A DNA stretch of 64,000 bases from Candidatus Eiseniibacteriota bacterium (GTDB taxonomy: Bacteria; Eisenbacteria; RBG-16-71-46). Location: assembly GCA_044223005.1 (NCBI GenBank), contig JBGAML010000009.1, positions 1-64,000 of the forward strand, in the 5' to 3' direction. The position numbers and the translations under genes were made by a program. The notes beneath the pieces were generated by a model, which saw only the letters and a program-made list of their open reading frames with translations, ran no database searches and was not told where the DNA came from. Each line of letters opens with the position of its first letter. The first letter of the stretch is position 1. Of the stretch, positions 9,489-19,687 are shown piece after piece.

Positions 9489-9760
9489 CGACGCGCGAGG
9501 CGTGCGTCGCGTTCGCGACGCTGCTGCGAGCGGTGGCGGACGGAACGATCACGCCCGCCGACGCGATCGCGCGAGCGCCGAACGTCCAGGGCTGGGAGGG
9601 CGTCCCCGTCACCTGGGGTTCGGCGCTCGTGAAGCTCGAGTCGTACGCGAGCGATGTCGCCGACTTCGGCGATGACTTGCCCGCGGAAATCCGCGAGTGG
9701 CGCGCGACGGAGCTGCAGAAGCTGGCGGGGCGGATCGAGGAGCGGGCGCCGAAGGAGTAG
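9485..9760 (+). CDS. Hypothetical small protein
   Basis: Translationally coupled (ATGA), 91 aa. Confidence 0.6.
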   Translation: MTTREACVAFATLLRAVADGTITPADAIARAPNVQGWEGVPVTWGSALVKLESYASDVADFGDDLPAEIREWRATELQKLAGRIEERAPKE

Positions 9761-9808
9761 CGGTACGCGGTGGGTGACAGCACCACCGGCGCGGCCGATG
9801 GACACCAG

Positions 9809-9854
9809 TTGACGAAGACCGCAATCAGCGGTCACATGACCGCCGATGACGGTC
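9809..9854. promoter_or_regulatory. Tandem palindromic operator-like sites next to a TTGACG -35-like hexamer
   Basis: GACCGC-N5-GCGGTC (9817-9833) and GACCGC-N5-ACGGTC (9838-9854), 21-bp period. Confidence 0.4.
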
Positions 9855-10048
9855 ATCGGATCTTCCGGCCCGTTCGGAAGCCAGTCGCGGACAGGAATCT
9901 GGGTCGCACGGCCGGACGAGCGCCGGGGCGATGGAGCTTGGCGGCGAATACTTCGTGAGACTGCTCACCCCGCAGTGGGCCCACGGCCACGCGATCGTGA
10001 AGCTGCGCTAGGGGGCGCGGGCAGCGAGAGAGTGGGGAGGTCGTCAGG

Positions 10049-10447
10049 ATGTCGGGAGCTCTCTACGCAGGAAGTTGCCTGCTTGGGACGTTGGAGAAGT
10101 GGCCCGGGCCGTTCTCGACCGATCACTGGCTTCGTTTCCGATTCGTTCCGGGCGCAGGGTACGAGGCGTACCGGGCGCTCCTGGAGCCACCCGACCGAAG
10201 GAAGCTTGGTACCGCGGAATGGCTCGCGGCCGTAGATGCACTGGATCTGCGGCTGGTCCTGGGCGGCACGGAGTCGCGATATACCTGCGTTTCGGTCGAA
10301 GGTGACCTTCTCGCGGTCCGCGCAGGCGCATTGCGGTTCAGCGCCGAGCAGGAGAAGGCCTGGCGTGAGGAACTGGCACGTCGCCGGAGCCGATGGCAGA
10401 GGCTCCTGGACGCGCTCACTCCATGGTCCAAGCATGGCGAGGACTGA
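10049..10447 (+). CDS. Hypothetical protein (atypical codon usage)
   Basis: GGAGG upstream; 132-aa ORF filling the gap before the amylase. Confidence 0.55.
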   Translation: MSGALYAGSCLLGTLEKWPGPFSTDHWLRFRFVPGAGYEAYRALLEPPDRRKLGTAEWLAAVDALDLRLVLGGTESRYTCVSVEGDLLAVRAGALRFSAEQEKAWREELARRRSRWQRLLDALTPWSKHGED

Positions 10448-10477
10448 CGCCGAGCCTTTTCCTCCACGGACACGTGA

Positions 10478-12088
10478 CTACCGCAACCGCCAGATCGCCG
10501 AGCCGCCTGCGGGTACGGTCACGTCGACGTCGCCCTTCGCTTGCACCTTCGCGCCCGGGACGCTGGCGAGGACGAGCTTCGCTCCGCGCGCGTGAAGGTC
10601 CCACGGTCCCGCGGTTCCCTCGGCCGTGCCGAGGTTGTGGACGACCAGCACGCGCTCGCCGCGCTCCTCTCGGATGAACGCGAGGAGGGGCGCGTTCCCG
10701 GGGCCGGGGTCGAGCAGCAGGATCGTGCCGCGGCGCAGCGCGGGCGACGAGGCGCGCAGGTGAACCAGCCGGCGGTAGTGCGACAGCAGCGACGCCGGAT
10801 CACCGCTCTGCGCGGCGACGTTGGCCTGCTCGCGCCCCGGGGAGAACCGGCGCCATGGTGTCCCGGTCGTGAAGCCGCCGCCTGCATCGCGGTCGTTCCA
10901 CGGCATCGGGGTGCGGATGTTGGGATCGGGCTTGCCGCCGCTCAGGCCGACCTCCTCGCCGTAGTAGAGGAACGGCGTCCCCGGCAGCGTCAGCAACAGC
11001 GCCGCCGCCAGGCGCAGGCGCGCCGGATCCGAAGCGAGCTCGGTGGCCACGCGCGGCATGTCGTGGTTGGTGAGGAACGTCGCATCGAGCACGCCGGCCG
11101 GGTAGAAGCGGGACATGTCGCCGAGCGTCGTGACGATCGGCTCCGGATCGCCCGTGCGCACCGAGCGCACGATCGAACCGGCGAGCGGAAAGTTGAAGCT
11201 CATCGTCAGCTCGTCGCCGCCCGCCAGCGAGTCCACCGAGCCGTAGTATTCCGCGATCTTGTCGGTGGAGGTCCAGTTCTCGCCGACCAGGATCGCCTCC
11301 GGCGCGACCGCGCGGACGTGCGCGGCGAACTCGCGCCAGAACGCGTGCGTCCCCGGCGTGTTGGTCTGCTGATCGCCCGGGCCATCCTCGACCAGGTGCC
11401 GCGCGGCATCGAGCCGGAACCCGTCGACGCCACGCTCGAGCCAGAAGTCCGCGATCGCCTGGGCCTCGGCGCGCACCGCGGGGTCCTCGTAGTTGAGGTC
11501 GGGCATGCCGCTGCCGAAGACGCCGTAGAAGTAGGCTCCGTTCATCTCGTGCCAGGTCGGCCCGCCGCCCCAGGGCTGCCGCCAGCCGGGATCGTCCGTG
11601 CGCCACACGTACCAGTCGCGCTTCGGCGCCCGTGGCGACGCCGCCGACTCCACGAACCACGGATGCCGGCTGCTGGTGTGGTTGAGCACCAGGTCCAGGA
11701 TCACGCGGATGCCGCGCGCATGCGCGGCCGCGACGAGCGTGTCCAAGTCCGCCATCGTGCCGTACTTCGGATGGATCGCGAAGTAGTCGGTGGTGTCGTA
11801 ACCGTGATCGCTGGGGGAGGCGAAGATCGGCATGAGCCAGATCGCCTCGACGCCGAGGTCCGACGTCGTCGCGGGATCGCCGTCGTTGAGGTAGTCGAGC
11901 CGCGAGGTGAGGCCGCGCAGGTCACCGATGCCGTCGCCGTCGGAGTCGACGAAGCTGCGCACGAAGATCTCGTAGAACGTGGCCCCATGCGCCCACTCGT
12001 GCATCGGCAGCGCGGGCTGCGCGGCGCAGGGCAGTGCCGCCAGCGCCAGCAGCAGCGGGAGGAGATGCAGGACTCGTGTCCGGTTCAT
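10478..12088 (-). CDS. Secreted GH13 alpha-amylase family glycosidase
   Basis: Signal peptide; FVDSDGDGIGDL, DLVLNH, GFRLDAARH, GENW, FLTNHD, YYGEEVG. Confidence 0.93.
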   Translation of the reverse strand: MNRTRVLHLLPLLLALAALPCAAQPALPMHEWAHGATFYEIFVRSFVDSDGDGIGDLRGLTSRLDYLNDGDPATTSDLGVEAIWLMPIFASPSDHGYDTTDYFAIHPKYGTMADLDTLVAAAHARGIRVILDLVLNHTSSRHPWFVESAASPRAPKRDWYVWRTDDPGWRQPWGGGPTWHEMNGAYFYGVFGSGMPDLNYEDPAVRAEAQAIADFWLERGVDGFRLDAARHLVEDGPGDQQTNTPGTHAFWREFAAHVRAVAPEAILVGENWTSTDKIAEYYGSVDSLAGGDELTMSFNFPLAGSIVRSVRTGDPEPIVTTLGDMSRFYPAGVLDATFLTNHDMPRVATELASDPARLRLAAALLLTLPGTPFLYYGEEVGLSGGKPDPNIRTPMPWNDRDAGGGFTTGTPWRRFSPGREQANVAAQSGDPASLLSHYRRLVHLRASSPALRRGTILLLDPGPGNAPLLAFIREERGERVLVVHNLGTAEGTAGPWDLHARGAKLVLASVPGAKVQAKGDVDVTVPAGGSAIWRLR

Positions 12089-12158
12089 CGGGGCGCCTCC
12101 ACGGGGTCATGGCTTCGGGCGCTCCCGCTGCGTCTGGCCCGAGTTCCGGCGTCGGTTC

Positions 12159-13883
12159 CTAGTGTGTGACGACCACTCGCGTGCGTGCGTCGTGGAGCGT
12201 GCCCTCGAGCCGCGCAAGGTAGACGCCGGGCTCGACGTTGCGGCCAGCGTCGTCGCGGCCGTCCCACGTCGCGTGCGTCGTCCCAGCCATCCCGGCGGCC
12301 GCACGCAGCGTGCGCACCCGGCGACCCGCGGCGTCGAACACTCCGACGCGGGCGTCGCCGTCCGGCGCGTGCGTGATCTGGAACGTGACGGTCTCGCCCC
12401 TCCGGACGAGTGAGGGCGCCGCCGCGAGCAGTCGTTCCACCGCCGGCGGCGGGCCGGAAACGTCCAGCGGACCGGTCGCCCCGGACTGCGCGACGTGTGC
12501 GGCGTAGGGGTGGGGCTGGTAACTGGCGCCTTCGTCCAGCCACACCGCGATCGCGCCCTGTGCGCCGTCGCTCGTCAGTGCGAGCCGGTAGCCCACGCCG
12601 CTCGACTGCGCGAGCGGGACCGCGCTTGCGCCCCACTGCGGATCGAGCGCACCGTCGATCCGCTGCGCGAACACGGGCTGCCCGAGCGGCGGGCCCAGGT
12701 CGGTCCACGCGAGCACGGTGCCCCCGGCGCCGTCCGGGATCATGCTCGACGAGAACCAGCCGTATCCGCTCTGGACCAGGCCGACGATCCGGCCCGACCC
12801 CGCCAGCCCGTTGCCCGCCGAGTCGACGTGGCGCATTCGGAGCTCGGCATTGCCCGTGCCGTCGTTGAGGTAGCGCTCCCACTCGATGAACAGCCCGTGC
12901 GAGCCATCGGCGCAGGCGTGCACGCCATAGGTGGGCAGGTCGGCGCCGCTGACGCTGCTTCCGCCCGTGCCCCAGTGCGGCGCACCGGTAGCGTCCACGT
13001 ACTGCACGTAGACCTGCGTGAACGGCACGTTGTTGAAGTTGGCGGACACGACGGCGAACACGCCGCCCGTTCCGTCGGGAACAAGGGACTCCGGTCCCTG
13101 CCACGTGGCGCCGGACGTGACGAGTTCGCCCGCGGTGCTCCAGAGCGGGGCACCGGACGCGTCCAGGTGCTGCATGCGGCCCTCGTAGGGGAACTTCTCC
13201 GTCCACATCACGTAGGCGCCGCCCGAGCCGTCGGCGCCGAGGGTCGGGCTGGATTGGTACTGCGCGCTCGTACCGGGGCGCACGCCTCCGGCGCTCCACA
13301 GAATGGCGCCGTCGGGCCCCACGCGTTGCACGCGGATCTGCGTCGCGCCCTCGCGATCGTCCTGCCACGCGACGAGGAGCCCGCCCGCGCCATCGGCGAC
13401 CGCGACGCTGTATCGCTCGTGCAGCACGCCGGTCGTGACCGCGACACCCGTCGCGCCCCATGCGGTCGTCCCGTCGGCGTGCAACCGCTGGGCGTAGAGG
13501 TCACCCGCCGTGTCGGCACGAAAGTCGCGCCACAGCGCGATCGCACCGCCCGCACCATCGCTCACCAGTCGCGGAGGATCGAGCGAGCATCGCGCGCCAC
13601 TCACCTCGATGCCGTCAGTCGCCCAAGGAATCCCGCCCAGGGGATCGAGACGCTGCGCGTGCACCGTCGGGACTCCCGCGGTCGGCTGTTCCAGCCAGAG
13701 GACGTACGCACCGTGCGCCCCGTCACTCGCGATCGCGGGATTCCCCTGGATGGCCGTGCTGGTCGAGACGAGCACGCCCGGCGAACTGGCGAGCGGCCAC
13801 GCGTTCGCGGCGGGAGCGAGAACGATCGAGAGCGCGGCGACGATCGCGGCGCAGCCCGGGTGGACAGAAGGAAGACGGATCAT
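12159..13883 (-). CDS. Secreted repeat (probable beta-propeller) protein with FlgD-Ig/T9SS-like tail
   Basis: Repeats like SDGAGGAIALWRDFR...DLYAQR; tail WDGRDDAGRNVEPGVYLARL. Confidence 0.82.
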   Translation of the reverse strand: MIRLPSVHPGCAAIVAALSIVLAPAANAWPLASSPGVLVSTSTAIQGNPAIASDGAHGAYVLWLEQPTAGVPTVHAQRLDPLGGIPWATDGIEVSGARCSLDPPRLVSDGAGGAIALWRDFRADTAGDLYAQRLHADGTTAWGATGVAVTTGVLHERYSVAVADGAGGLLVAWQDDREGATQIRVQRVGPDGAILWSAGGVRPGTSAQYQSSPTLGADGSGGAYVMWTEKFPYEGRMQHLDASGAPLWSTAGELVTSGATWQGPESLVPDGTGGVFAVVSANFNNVPFTQVYVQYVDATGAPHWGTGGSSVSGADLPTYGVHACADGSHGLFIEWERYLNDGTGNAELRMRHVDSAGNGLAGSGRIVGLVQSGYGWFSSSMIPDGAGGTVLAWTDLGPPLGQPVFAQRIDGALDPQWGASAVPLAQSSGVGYRLALTSDGAQGAIAVWLDEGASYQPHPYAAHVAQSGATGPLDVSGPPPAVERLLAAAPSLVRRGETVTFQITHAPDGDARVGVFDAAGRRVRTLRAAAGMAGTTHATWDGRDDAGRNVEPGVYLARLEGTLHDARTRVVVTH

Positions 13884-14094
13884 GGCTCACCTCCGGCGGG
13901 TCCTGCGGGCGGGGGAGGCCCTTGCGGAGAAGCGTGGCACAGGCCTTCCGAGCCAACAAGTCGGTGTTCGTTCCCAGGTCGCCTCGCGCGAACTGAACCC
14001 TGGACCGGCGTACCGATCGGCGGCCTCGACAGCCCTGCGCGACGCGCGGACTTGCGGTGTAGGGACCCGCCGCCGGATGGGGTAGATTGCCGCG

Positions 14095-16728
14095 ATGCCA
14101 CTCACCCCCGGCACCCGGCTCGGTCCCTATGAGGTCGTCGCGCCGCTCGGTGCGGGCGGCATGGGCGAGGTGTTTCGCGCCACGGACACGCGCCTGGGAC
14201 GCGATGTCGCCATCAAGGTGCTGCCCCAGCACCTCTCGACCAACGCCGAGGTGCGCGCTCGCTTCGAGCGCGAGGCGAAGACCGTCTCGAGCTTGAACCA
14301 CCCGCACATCTGCTCGCTGTTCGACGTCGGGCGCGAAGGGGACACCGACTACCTCGTGATGGAGCTGGTGGACGGCGAGACGCTGGCCCAGCGGCTCGCC
14401 AAGGGGGCGCTGCCGGCGGCCGACGTGCTGAGACTCGGCGCGCAGATCGCCGACGCGCTCGACCGCGCGCACCGGGCCGGCGTGGTCCACCGGGACTTGA
14501 AGCCCGGTAACGTGATGCTCACCCGCTCCGGCGCCAAGCTCATGGACTTTGGCCTCGCGCGTGCCACCGGCATGGCCGGACCGGCGTCGGGGAGCGGCGT
14601 CACGGTGGCGGCGCTCACGCAGTCGCCCACGGTGGCCGCGCCGCTGACCGCCGAAGGCACGATCGTCGGCACCTTCCAGTACATGGCGCCCGAGCAGCTG
14701 GAAGGGAAGGAAGCCGACGCGCGCAGCGACCTCTGGGCACTCGGCTGCGTGCTGTACGAGATGGCGACCGGCCGGCGGGCGTTCGAGGGCAAGAGCCAGG
14801 CGTCGCTGATCAGCGCCATCATGGCCTCGCAGCCCGCGCCGATCGCCCAACTCGCGCCTCTCGCACCGCCCGGGCTCGAGCGGCTCGTGCAGGCGTGCCT
14901 CGCGAAGGATCCCGCAGAACGACTGCAGAGCGCGCACGACATCCGCATGCAGCTCGCGTGGCTCGCCGAGGGCGGCTCGCAGGCGGGCTTGCCCGCGCCC
15001 GTCGCGGCGCAGCGCCGGAGCCGCTCGCGACTCGTCGCCACGCTCGTCGCGCTCGGATGGATCGCCGCCGCGGTTTTCGCCTGGCGCGCGCTCGGCACGC
15101 GCGGTGCGGTGCCCGCGGCAATCCAGACGATCGTCGAGGCACCGCCAGGCCTTGCGATGTCCGCTCGGCACGCCGAACTGAGCCTTTCTCCGGACGGCCG
15201 CACGATCGTCTTCGCCAACGCCGAGGGGCTTTACATCCGCCCGCTCGATTCGGACGCCGCCACGAAGTTGGCGGGGACGGAGGGAGGGTACCGGCCGTTC
15301 TGGTCACCGGATTCGCGCGCGATCGCCTACTTCACGAGCGCGAAGCTCATGCGCGTCCCGATCGCGGGCGGCAGCCCCACCGCGGTGTGCGACGTCACCA
15401 GTGGCCGCGGCGGCAGCTGGAACCGCGACGGCACCATGCTGATCGCGCCGGCGCTCGATGGCCCGATCGTACGAGTTCCGGAAGCGGGCGGAACGCCGAC
15501 GCCCGTGACCACGCTCGACAGCAGCCGGCACGAGCGCTCGCATCGGTTTCCGTCGCTGCTGCCCGATGGCGATCACTTCCTGTTCGCGTCGCTGCCCGGC
15601 GGCCCGCAGGGCTGGGACACCTACGTGGGTTCGCTGCGCTCGCACCAGGTGAAGCGACTGCTGACCGCGCGTTCGGTGGCCGTCTACGCCGATCCCGGCT
15701 ACCTCGTGTTCGAGCGTGACGGTCGCGTGCTGGCGCAGCGCTTCGACATGCGGAAGCTCGAGCTCGAGGACGCGCCCGTGTCGATCGCCGACGCGCCGGA
15801 GCCCTCGGACCTGGATGCGGAGCCCGTGGCCTCGCCGTCGCGAAACGGCCGGCTGGCGATCCTGCGCAGCGAACCCGCGGACGCGCACCTCGAGCTGCGC
15901 GATGCGAACGACGTGACGGTTCGCCGGATCGAACTGCCGCCGGCGCCGTGGAAGGTGTCGCGCATCTCGCCCGACGAGCGCCGGGCCACGCTCTTCAAGG
16001 GCAACGAGCTCTGGGTGGTGGACCTGACGCGGGCGGTGCCGATGCGCTTCGCGTCGGACATCGCGAGCCAGCCGACGTCGGTCTGGTCCCCGGACGGAAA
16101 CCGGATCGCCTTCGTCAAGAAGCAGGGCCAGCGCGAGGAGATCTACATCGGTGGCATGGACGGCCACACGGAACTGGTGCCGACGATCGACGACTACTTC
16201 AAGGGCGTGACGGACTGGACCCGCGACGGACGCGTCATCGTGTTCTGGGGGCAGACGACAGCCAGCGGTTACGACATCTGGCTGCTGCCGCTGGATGGAG
16301 ATCGCAAACCGATCTCCTACCTGCGCGAGCCGGGCGAACAGCAGGCAGGCAAGGTGTCGCCCGACGGGCACTGGCTCGCCTACCAGTCCAACGAAACGGG
16401 ACAGAACGAGGTCTACGTCCAGTCGTTCCCGCAGCCCGGACACAAGGTGAGGGTCTCGCTCGACGGGGGGGCCAGTCCGCGCTGGAGCGCGGATGGGAAG
16501 CGACTGCTCTACATCAACCCGGAACGGCAGGAGATCCTCGCCGTTCCGGTCCAGGCCGGCGCGGAGTTCCTGCCCGGCACGCCCCAGAAGGTGCGAAGCC
16601 TGCCGAGCAACGCCACCAGCGGCGACCGGATCGGGGCCGACGGCCGCGTACTGGTCAGCGTCGCCACCAACGGCCGCCCGCGCGCGATCCGGCTGATACA
16701 GGACTGGACGGCGTTGCTGGGGAAGTGA
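14095..16728 (+). CDS. Hanks-type Ser/Thr protein kinase with TM helix and TolB/PD40-like beta-propeller
   Basis: GAGGMGEV, VAIK, HRDLKPGN, DFG, YMAPE; WSPDG/SPDG repeats. Confidence 0.93.
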   Translation: MPLTPGTRLGPYEVVAPLGAGGMGEVFRATDTRLGRDVAIKVLPQHLSTNAEVRARFEREAKTVSSLNHPHICSLFDVGREGDTDYLVMELVDGETLAQRLAKGALPAADVLRLGAQIADALDRAHRAGVVHRDLKPGNVMLTRSGAKLMDFGLARATGMAGPASGSGVTVAALTQSPTVAAPLTAEGTIVGTFQYMAPEQLEGKEADARSDLWALGCVLYEMATGRRAFEGKSQASLISAIMASQPAPIAQLAPLAPPGLERLVQACLAKDPAERLQSAHDIRMQLAWLAEGGSQAGLPAPVAAQRRSRSRLVATLVALGWIAAAVFAWRALGTRGAVPAAIQTIVEAPPGLAMSARHAELSLSPDGRTIVFANAEGLYIRPLDSDAATKLAGTEGGYRPFWSPDSRAIAYFTSAKLMRVPIAGGSPTAVCDVTSGRGGSWNRDGTMLIAPALDGPIVRVPEAGGTPTPVTTLDSSRHERSHRFPSLLPDGDHFLFASLPGGPQGWDTYVGSLRSHQVKRLLTARSVAVYADPGYLVFERDGRVLAQRFDMRKLELEDAPVSIADAPEPSDLDAEPVASPSRNGRLAILRSEPADAHLELRDANDVTVRRIELPPAPWKVSRISPDERRATLFKGNELWVVDLTRAVPMRFASDIASQPTSVWSPDGNRIAFVKKQGQREEIYIGGMDGHTELVPTIDDYFKGVTDWTRDGRVIVFWGQTTASGYDIWLLPLDGDRKPISYLREPGEQQAGKVSPDGHWLAYQSNETGQNEVYVQSFPQPGHKVRVSLDGGASPRWSADGKRLLYINPERQEILAVPVQAGAEFLPGTPQKVRSLPSNATSGDRIGADGRVLVSVATNGRPRAIRLIQDWTALLGK

Positions 16729-16887
16729 GCACTCGTCACGCGTGCCGTCGCCGCGGGGATCGACGGCCAGGTGCTCACCGACGGCTGGGCGATTCGCGAT
16801 CGCGGTGTGGGCCGCGGCCACAACCTGATGGTCGCGTACCGCGACGGCCGCGCCGCGAGCGTGATTTACCCCGGAGCGTGCCCGTGA
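16729..16887 (+). pseudogene. 3' remnant of a paralog of gene 5889..6515
   Basis: Translates VTRAVAAGIDGQVLTDGWAIRDRGVGRGHNLMVAYRDGRAASVIYPGACP*, matching the last ~50 aa of 5889..6515; lacks the 5' part. Confidence 0.8.
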
Positions 16888-17501
16888 GAGCGCGCGCCGC
16901 GGCGTGGCTCGCGGCCGGAGTGCTGGCGCTCTCGCTCGTCGGCTGCGGCGGGGGAGCGCCCGCGGCGCGTGACGCGGACTGGGACGATCGCTGGCCCGCG
17001 CTCTCTCGCGCCGGCCGGCGGTGGCAGCCCGGCGCCGAGTTCACGGTGGTGACGCGCAAGGGCACCGCTGCCGGCCCCGAGACCAAGCGCGAACGCTGGA
17101 CGCTGCTCAAGCGCGACAGCGCGGGCGGCGACTTCGAGATCACGCGCGCCGGCCACGCGCCGATCGTGCACGGGGAGCGATTCCACCCCGCCGTGCCAAG
17201 CGTGCCCATGTACGGCAGCAGCGGCCGCAACGCGATCTACCCGTGCGTGGGCGGCCTCGTGCCCGTAACTGTGCCCGCCGGGCGCTTTCGCTGTGGTCAC
17301 ACGTGGCGATCGTTCACGCTCTCCGACGGCGCCGTGATGCGCGAGGACGCCTGGTGGGCGCCCGGCATTCCCGTGCCCGTGCAACGTTGGGTCCGATGGG
17401 AAGGCGTCGCCGACACGCTCGCCGCGCCCCCGAAGCGCGCCGCCGACGTGCGCTACGGAACGGAGTGGGCGGTGCTGGAGCGGGTCCGGCGGCCGCAGTA
17501 G
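16884..17501 (+). CDS. Hypothetical lipoprotein, paralog of 6512..7129
   Basis: Lipobox LVG-C; closely similar protein. Confidence 0.8.
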   Translation: MRARAAAWLAAGVLALSLVGCGGGAPAARDADWDDRWPALSRAGRRWQPGAEFTVVTRKGTAAGPETKRERWTLLKRDSAGGDFEITRAGHAPIVHGERFHPAVPSVPMYGSSGRNAIYPCVGGLVPVTVPAGRFRCGHTWRSFTLSDGAVMREDAWWAPGIPVPVQRWVRWEGVADTLAAPPKRAADVRYGTEWAVLERVRRPQ

Positions 17502-17608
17502 GGGGAGTGTCTCTGCTATTGGAGCAGCAGACGCCCAGCTGCGTCGGGCTGAATTGTATAGGGTCGCCTATCCACAGCCAGCGAGTTCCTGAGGCCGACG
17601 AGAGCTCT

Positions 17609-18514
17609 CTAGAGTGTCGCTTCGTGCAGCGCGTCTAGGCGCAGGAGTTCGTCAGTCAGGCCCTGCATGATCCCGCGGAGCCTCTTGGAGGGGTCTGTCC
17701 TGGCCCACCTCACGTAGATTGCCGCCGCGATCAAGGCAAACGCCGTTGTTCCCGCGACAGCGCGCAGGTCAGGCGTGGCGTACGCAAGTACGGGGTGATA
17801 CCGCCGGCCGTCGCGTCGCAGGTGGTACCAGTCGAGGTCAGCCCAGTCACCGTGGATCGAGTGGCTCGCGTTGCCGAACTTGAAGCTGTAGTCGCGTTCC
17901 TGGCCGAGCTCGCGAAGCAAGGCGTAGAAGTCGAGGCCGTCAACATTCCAGACCCTGTTCCCCATGAGCTCCTTGAGCGTAATGCCGTCGCGCCTAAGCC
18001 GGTTACCCACCTTCGTGCGCCAGCGCTTCGCGATCTTGTCGAGCATCGGATTGTCGTGCTTCTTGGGTATCAGTTTGAGCATCGCTTGCTCGGGCCTGTA
18101 CGACGCGAGTTTGAAACTCCTGAAGCTCGAGGCCTTGGCCTTCATCAGGTACTCCATGCGGGCGACGGTTTCGTGCATAGGCCGAGCAAAGACCAGCGCA
18201 AGCTCAAGTTGGTTGTTGGCGATGTGGCCGAGGAAGCCTTCGAACAGCTTCCGGAGCCGGACCAGGTGCCCCAAGACGATTGCCGGGTTTGGTAGGTAGC
18301 CTCTGACCGAGACCTCGGTACTCGGCGCGATTGCGCAGGCGTAGTGCAGCGCTTTCATCGCGACGTTCATGAGATCAACGGCGTACCCCATGAAGGCATC
18401 GTTGTCAGTGAGCTCTTCGTCTCTGGGGGCCTGCGCGATCAGGTCGGTAAGTACCTTTTCGAGGGCCTCGACCTGCTTCTTGCGCTCACCTTGCGTGTAG
18501 CTGCGGAGAGGCAC
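17609..18514 (-). CDS. DUF5677-like (HEPN-related) protein
   Basis: RPMHETVARMEYL and YSFKFGNASHSIHGDW resemble DUF5677 signatures. Confidence 0.65.
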   Translation of the reverse strand: MPLRSYTQGERKKQVEALEKVLTDLIAQAPRDEELTDNDAFMGYAVDLMNVAMKALHYACAIAPSTEVSVRGYLPNPAIVLGHLVRLRKLFEGFLGHIANNQLELALVFARPMHETVARMEYLMKAKASSFRSFKLASYRPEQAMLKLIPKKHDNPMLDKIAKRWRTKVGNRLRRDGITLKELMGNRVWNVDGLDFYALLRELGQERDYSFKFGNASHSIHGDWADLDWYHLRRDGRRYHPVLAYATPDLRAVAGTTAFALIAAAIYVRWARTDPSKRLRGIMQGLTDELLRLDALHEATL

Positions 18515-18818
18515 GACACCCCTTTCCCACGGTAGCGAAAGCTCCGAAAGAGTTGCGGTGGAAATGAACCTCGTCTGTCGGCGATGAAGCGCAGACCGTG
18601 AACTAGGTTGACGGGGCGTGGGTCACAGCCTGGGCCCTGCCTGCGTTGCATCTTCGGCCGGTGTTGATGACGGAAACTCGCGAACGGCTCCTAGGGGCTG
18701 TGTGTTGGGGCAAAAGGCATGAGTCGGCCGCGGAACGCAGCCGCGACCTACTTCTGGTTTCGAAACTCAGGGTTGTGTGTACTCTGCATTAGCATCCCTG
18801 AAGTGTGCCAGATCCCCT

Positions 18819-18835
18819 GAATCCGTCTAGGGGGA
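18819..18835 (+). repeat. 17-bp direct repeat GAATCCGTCTAGGGGGA (att-like), copy A
   Basis: Identical at 22079..22095; overlaps the stop codon of the cargo gene. Confidence 0.85.
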
Positions 18836-19384
18836 CTTGTCCGCAGCGTGAAACTGGCGGTCCACCTCAACTGCCTCCGGGTAGCTATTCCTGAGCGTCT
18901 GATGGACCTGCCAAGTCTCCCAGAGCAGCATGTGGAGCGCCTGCTGGAAGCACTCGATGTCCATCTCATCCGTGAGGCTATAGACGCCGAAGACGGACTT
19001 AACCGTGAAGCGCGGATGGCTCATTACGGCGTTCCGCAGCTTCTTCATGAAAGACTTGACCGTGGTGTCCGGGGCGATGTACGTGCCGAGGACGTCGGAG
19101 ATCCGCGTCGCCTGCTCTGACATGCCGAGGGACTCCAGCACCGGGAACAGCCCGTTCGCCGGCTGGTCCATGTAGTAGGCGTACAGGTACTGGTGCAGCG
19201 ACTGGTAGAGGAACCGAATCGGAGCGTCCTGCGGGTTCGAGCTGTACTGCGTGAAGCTGGTGACGATGTTGACCCCGGCGGCGAACTCCGTCAGCGACCC
19301 TAGCGTCAGAACCAGGCGCGATTGGTCGTCTCCCGACAGGTCCTTCCACGGTTTCGGGGCCTGCTGCGGCGCGGGTGCGGCCAT
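18827..19384 (-). CDS. HEPN-like protein (AbiU2-like)
   Basis: AGGAGGAG RBS, ATG 19384; helical 185 aa with LRNAVMSH (R-x5-H). Confidence 0.6.
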   Translation of the reverse strand: MAAPAPQQAPKPWKDLSGDDQSRLVLTLGSLTEFAAGVNIVTSFTQYSSNPQDAPIRFLYQSLHQYLYAYYMDQPANGLFPVLESLGMSEQATRISDVLGTYIAPDTTVKSFMKKLRNAVMSHPRFTVKSVFGVYSLTDEMDIECFQQALHMLLWETWQVHQTLRNSYPEAVEVDRQFHAADKSP

Positions 19385-19421
19385 GTCTCCTCCTAACACC
19401 AGCCCTCCCGAGGAGGGCAGC

Positions 19422-19592
19422 ATGAACCAGCTCCTGACGATCCAACAGGTCGCGGAATACCTCAGCGTCAGCCCCAAGACGGTGCGCCGCTTGGTGGCCC
19501 GCAGAGGCTCGCCCCACATCCGGTTCGGTCGTGCACTACGTTTCGAACGCGGCGACGTGCTCCGGTGGCTTCAGGCCGAAAAGGAGGGCTGA
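19422..19592 (+). CDS. Excisionase-like HTH_17 DNA-binding protein
   Basis: MNQLLTIQQVAEYLSVSPKTVRRLV...IRFGRALRF...VLRWL; GAGGAGG RBS. Confidence 0.85.
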   Translation: MNQLLTIQQVAEYLSVSPKTVRRLVARRGSPHIRFGRALRFERGDVLRWLQAEKEG

Positions 19593-19594
19593 AG

Positions 19595-19687
19595 ATGTCG
19601 AGGCTTCCGAGGAATATGATCAAGCGCAAGGTGCGCGGTGGGTCTCACTTCCGCAAGCGGGGGTTTGGAGTTCCCAGACTTTGGTGA
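19595..19687 (+). pseudogene. Possible truncated integrase N-terminus
   Basis: Starts 2 nt after the xis stop behind AGGAGG; MSRLPRNMIKRKVRGGSHFRKR resembles arm-binding N-termini; stops after 30 aa. Confidence 0.35.

Noticed and set aside
16726..16728. Programmed readthrough or selenocysteine at the kinase TGA
   Set aside because: The kinase ends at a normal-looking C-terminus (LIQDWTALLGK); no SECIS-like hairpin recognised; an in-frame remnant has a 1-in-3 chance
18819..18835. 17-mer as a tRNA 3' end (GAATCC... resembles T-arm and acceptor)
   Set aside because: No upstream TTC, no cloverleaf and no CCA at either copy; no tRNA called, although a tRNA-derived att origin cannot be excluded
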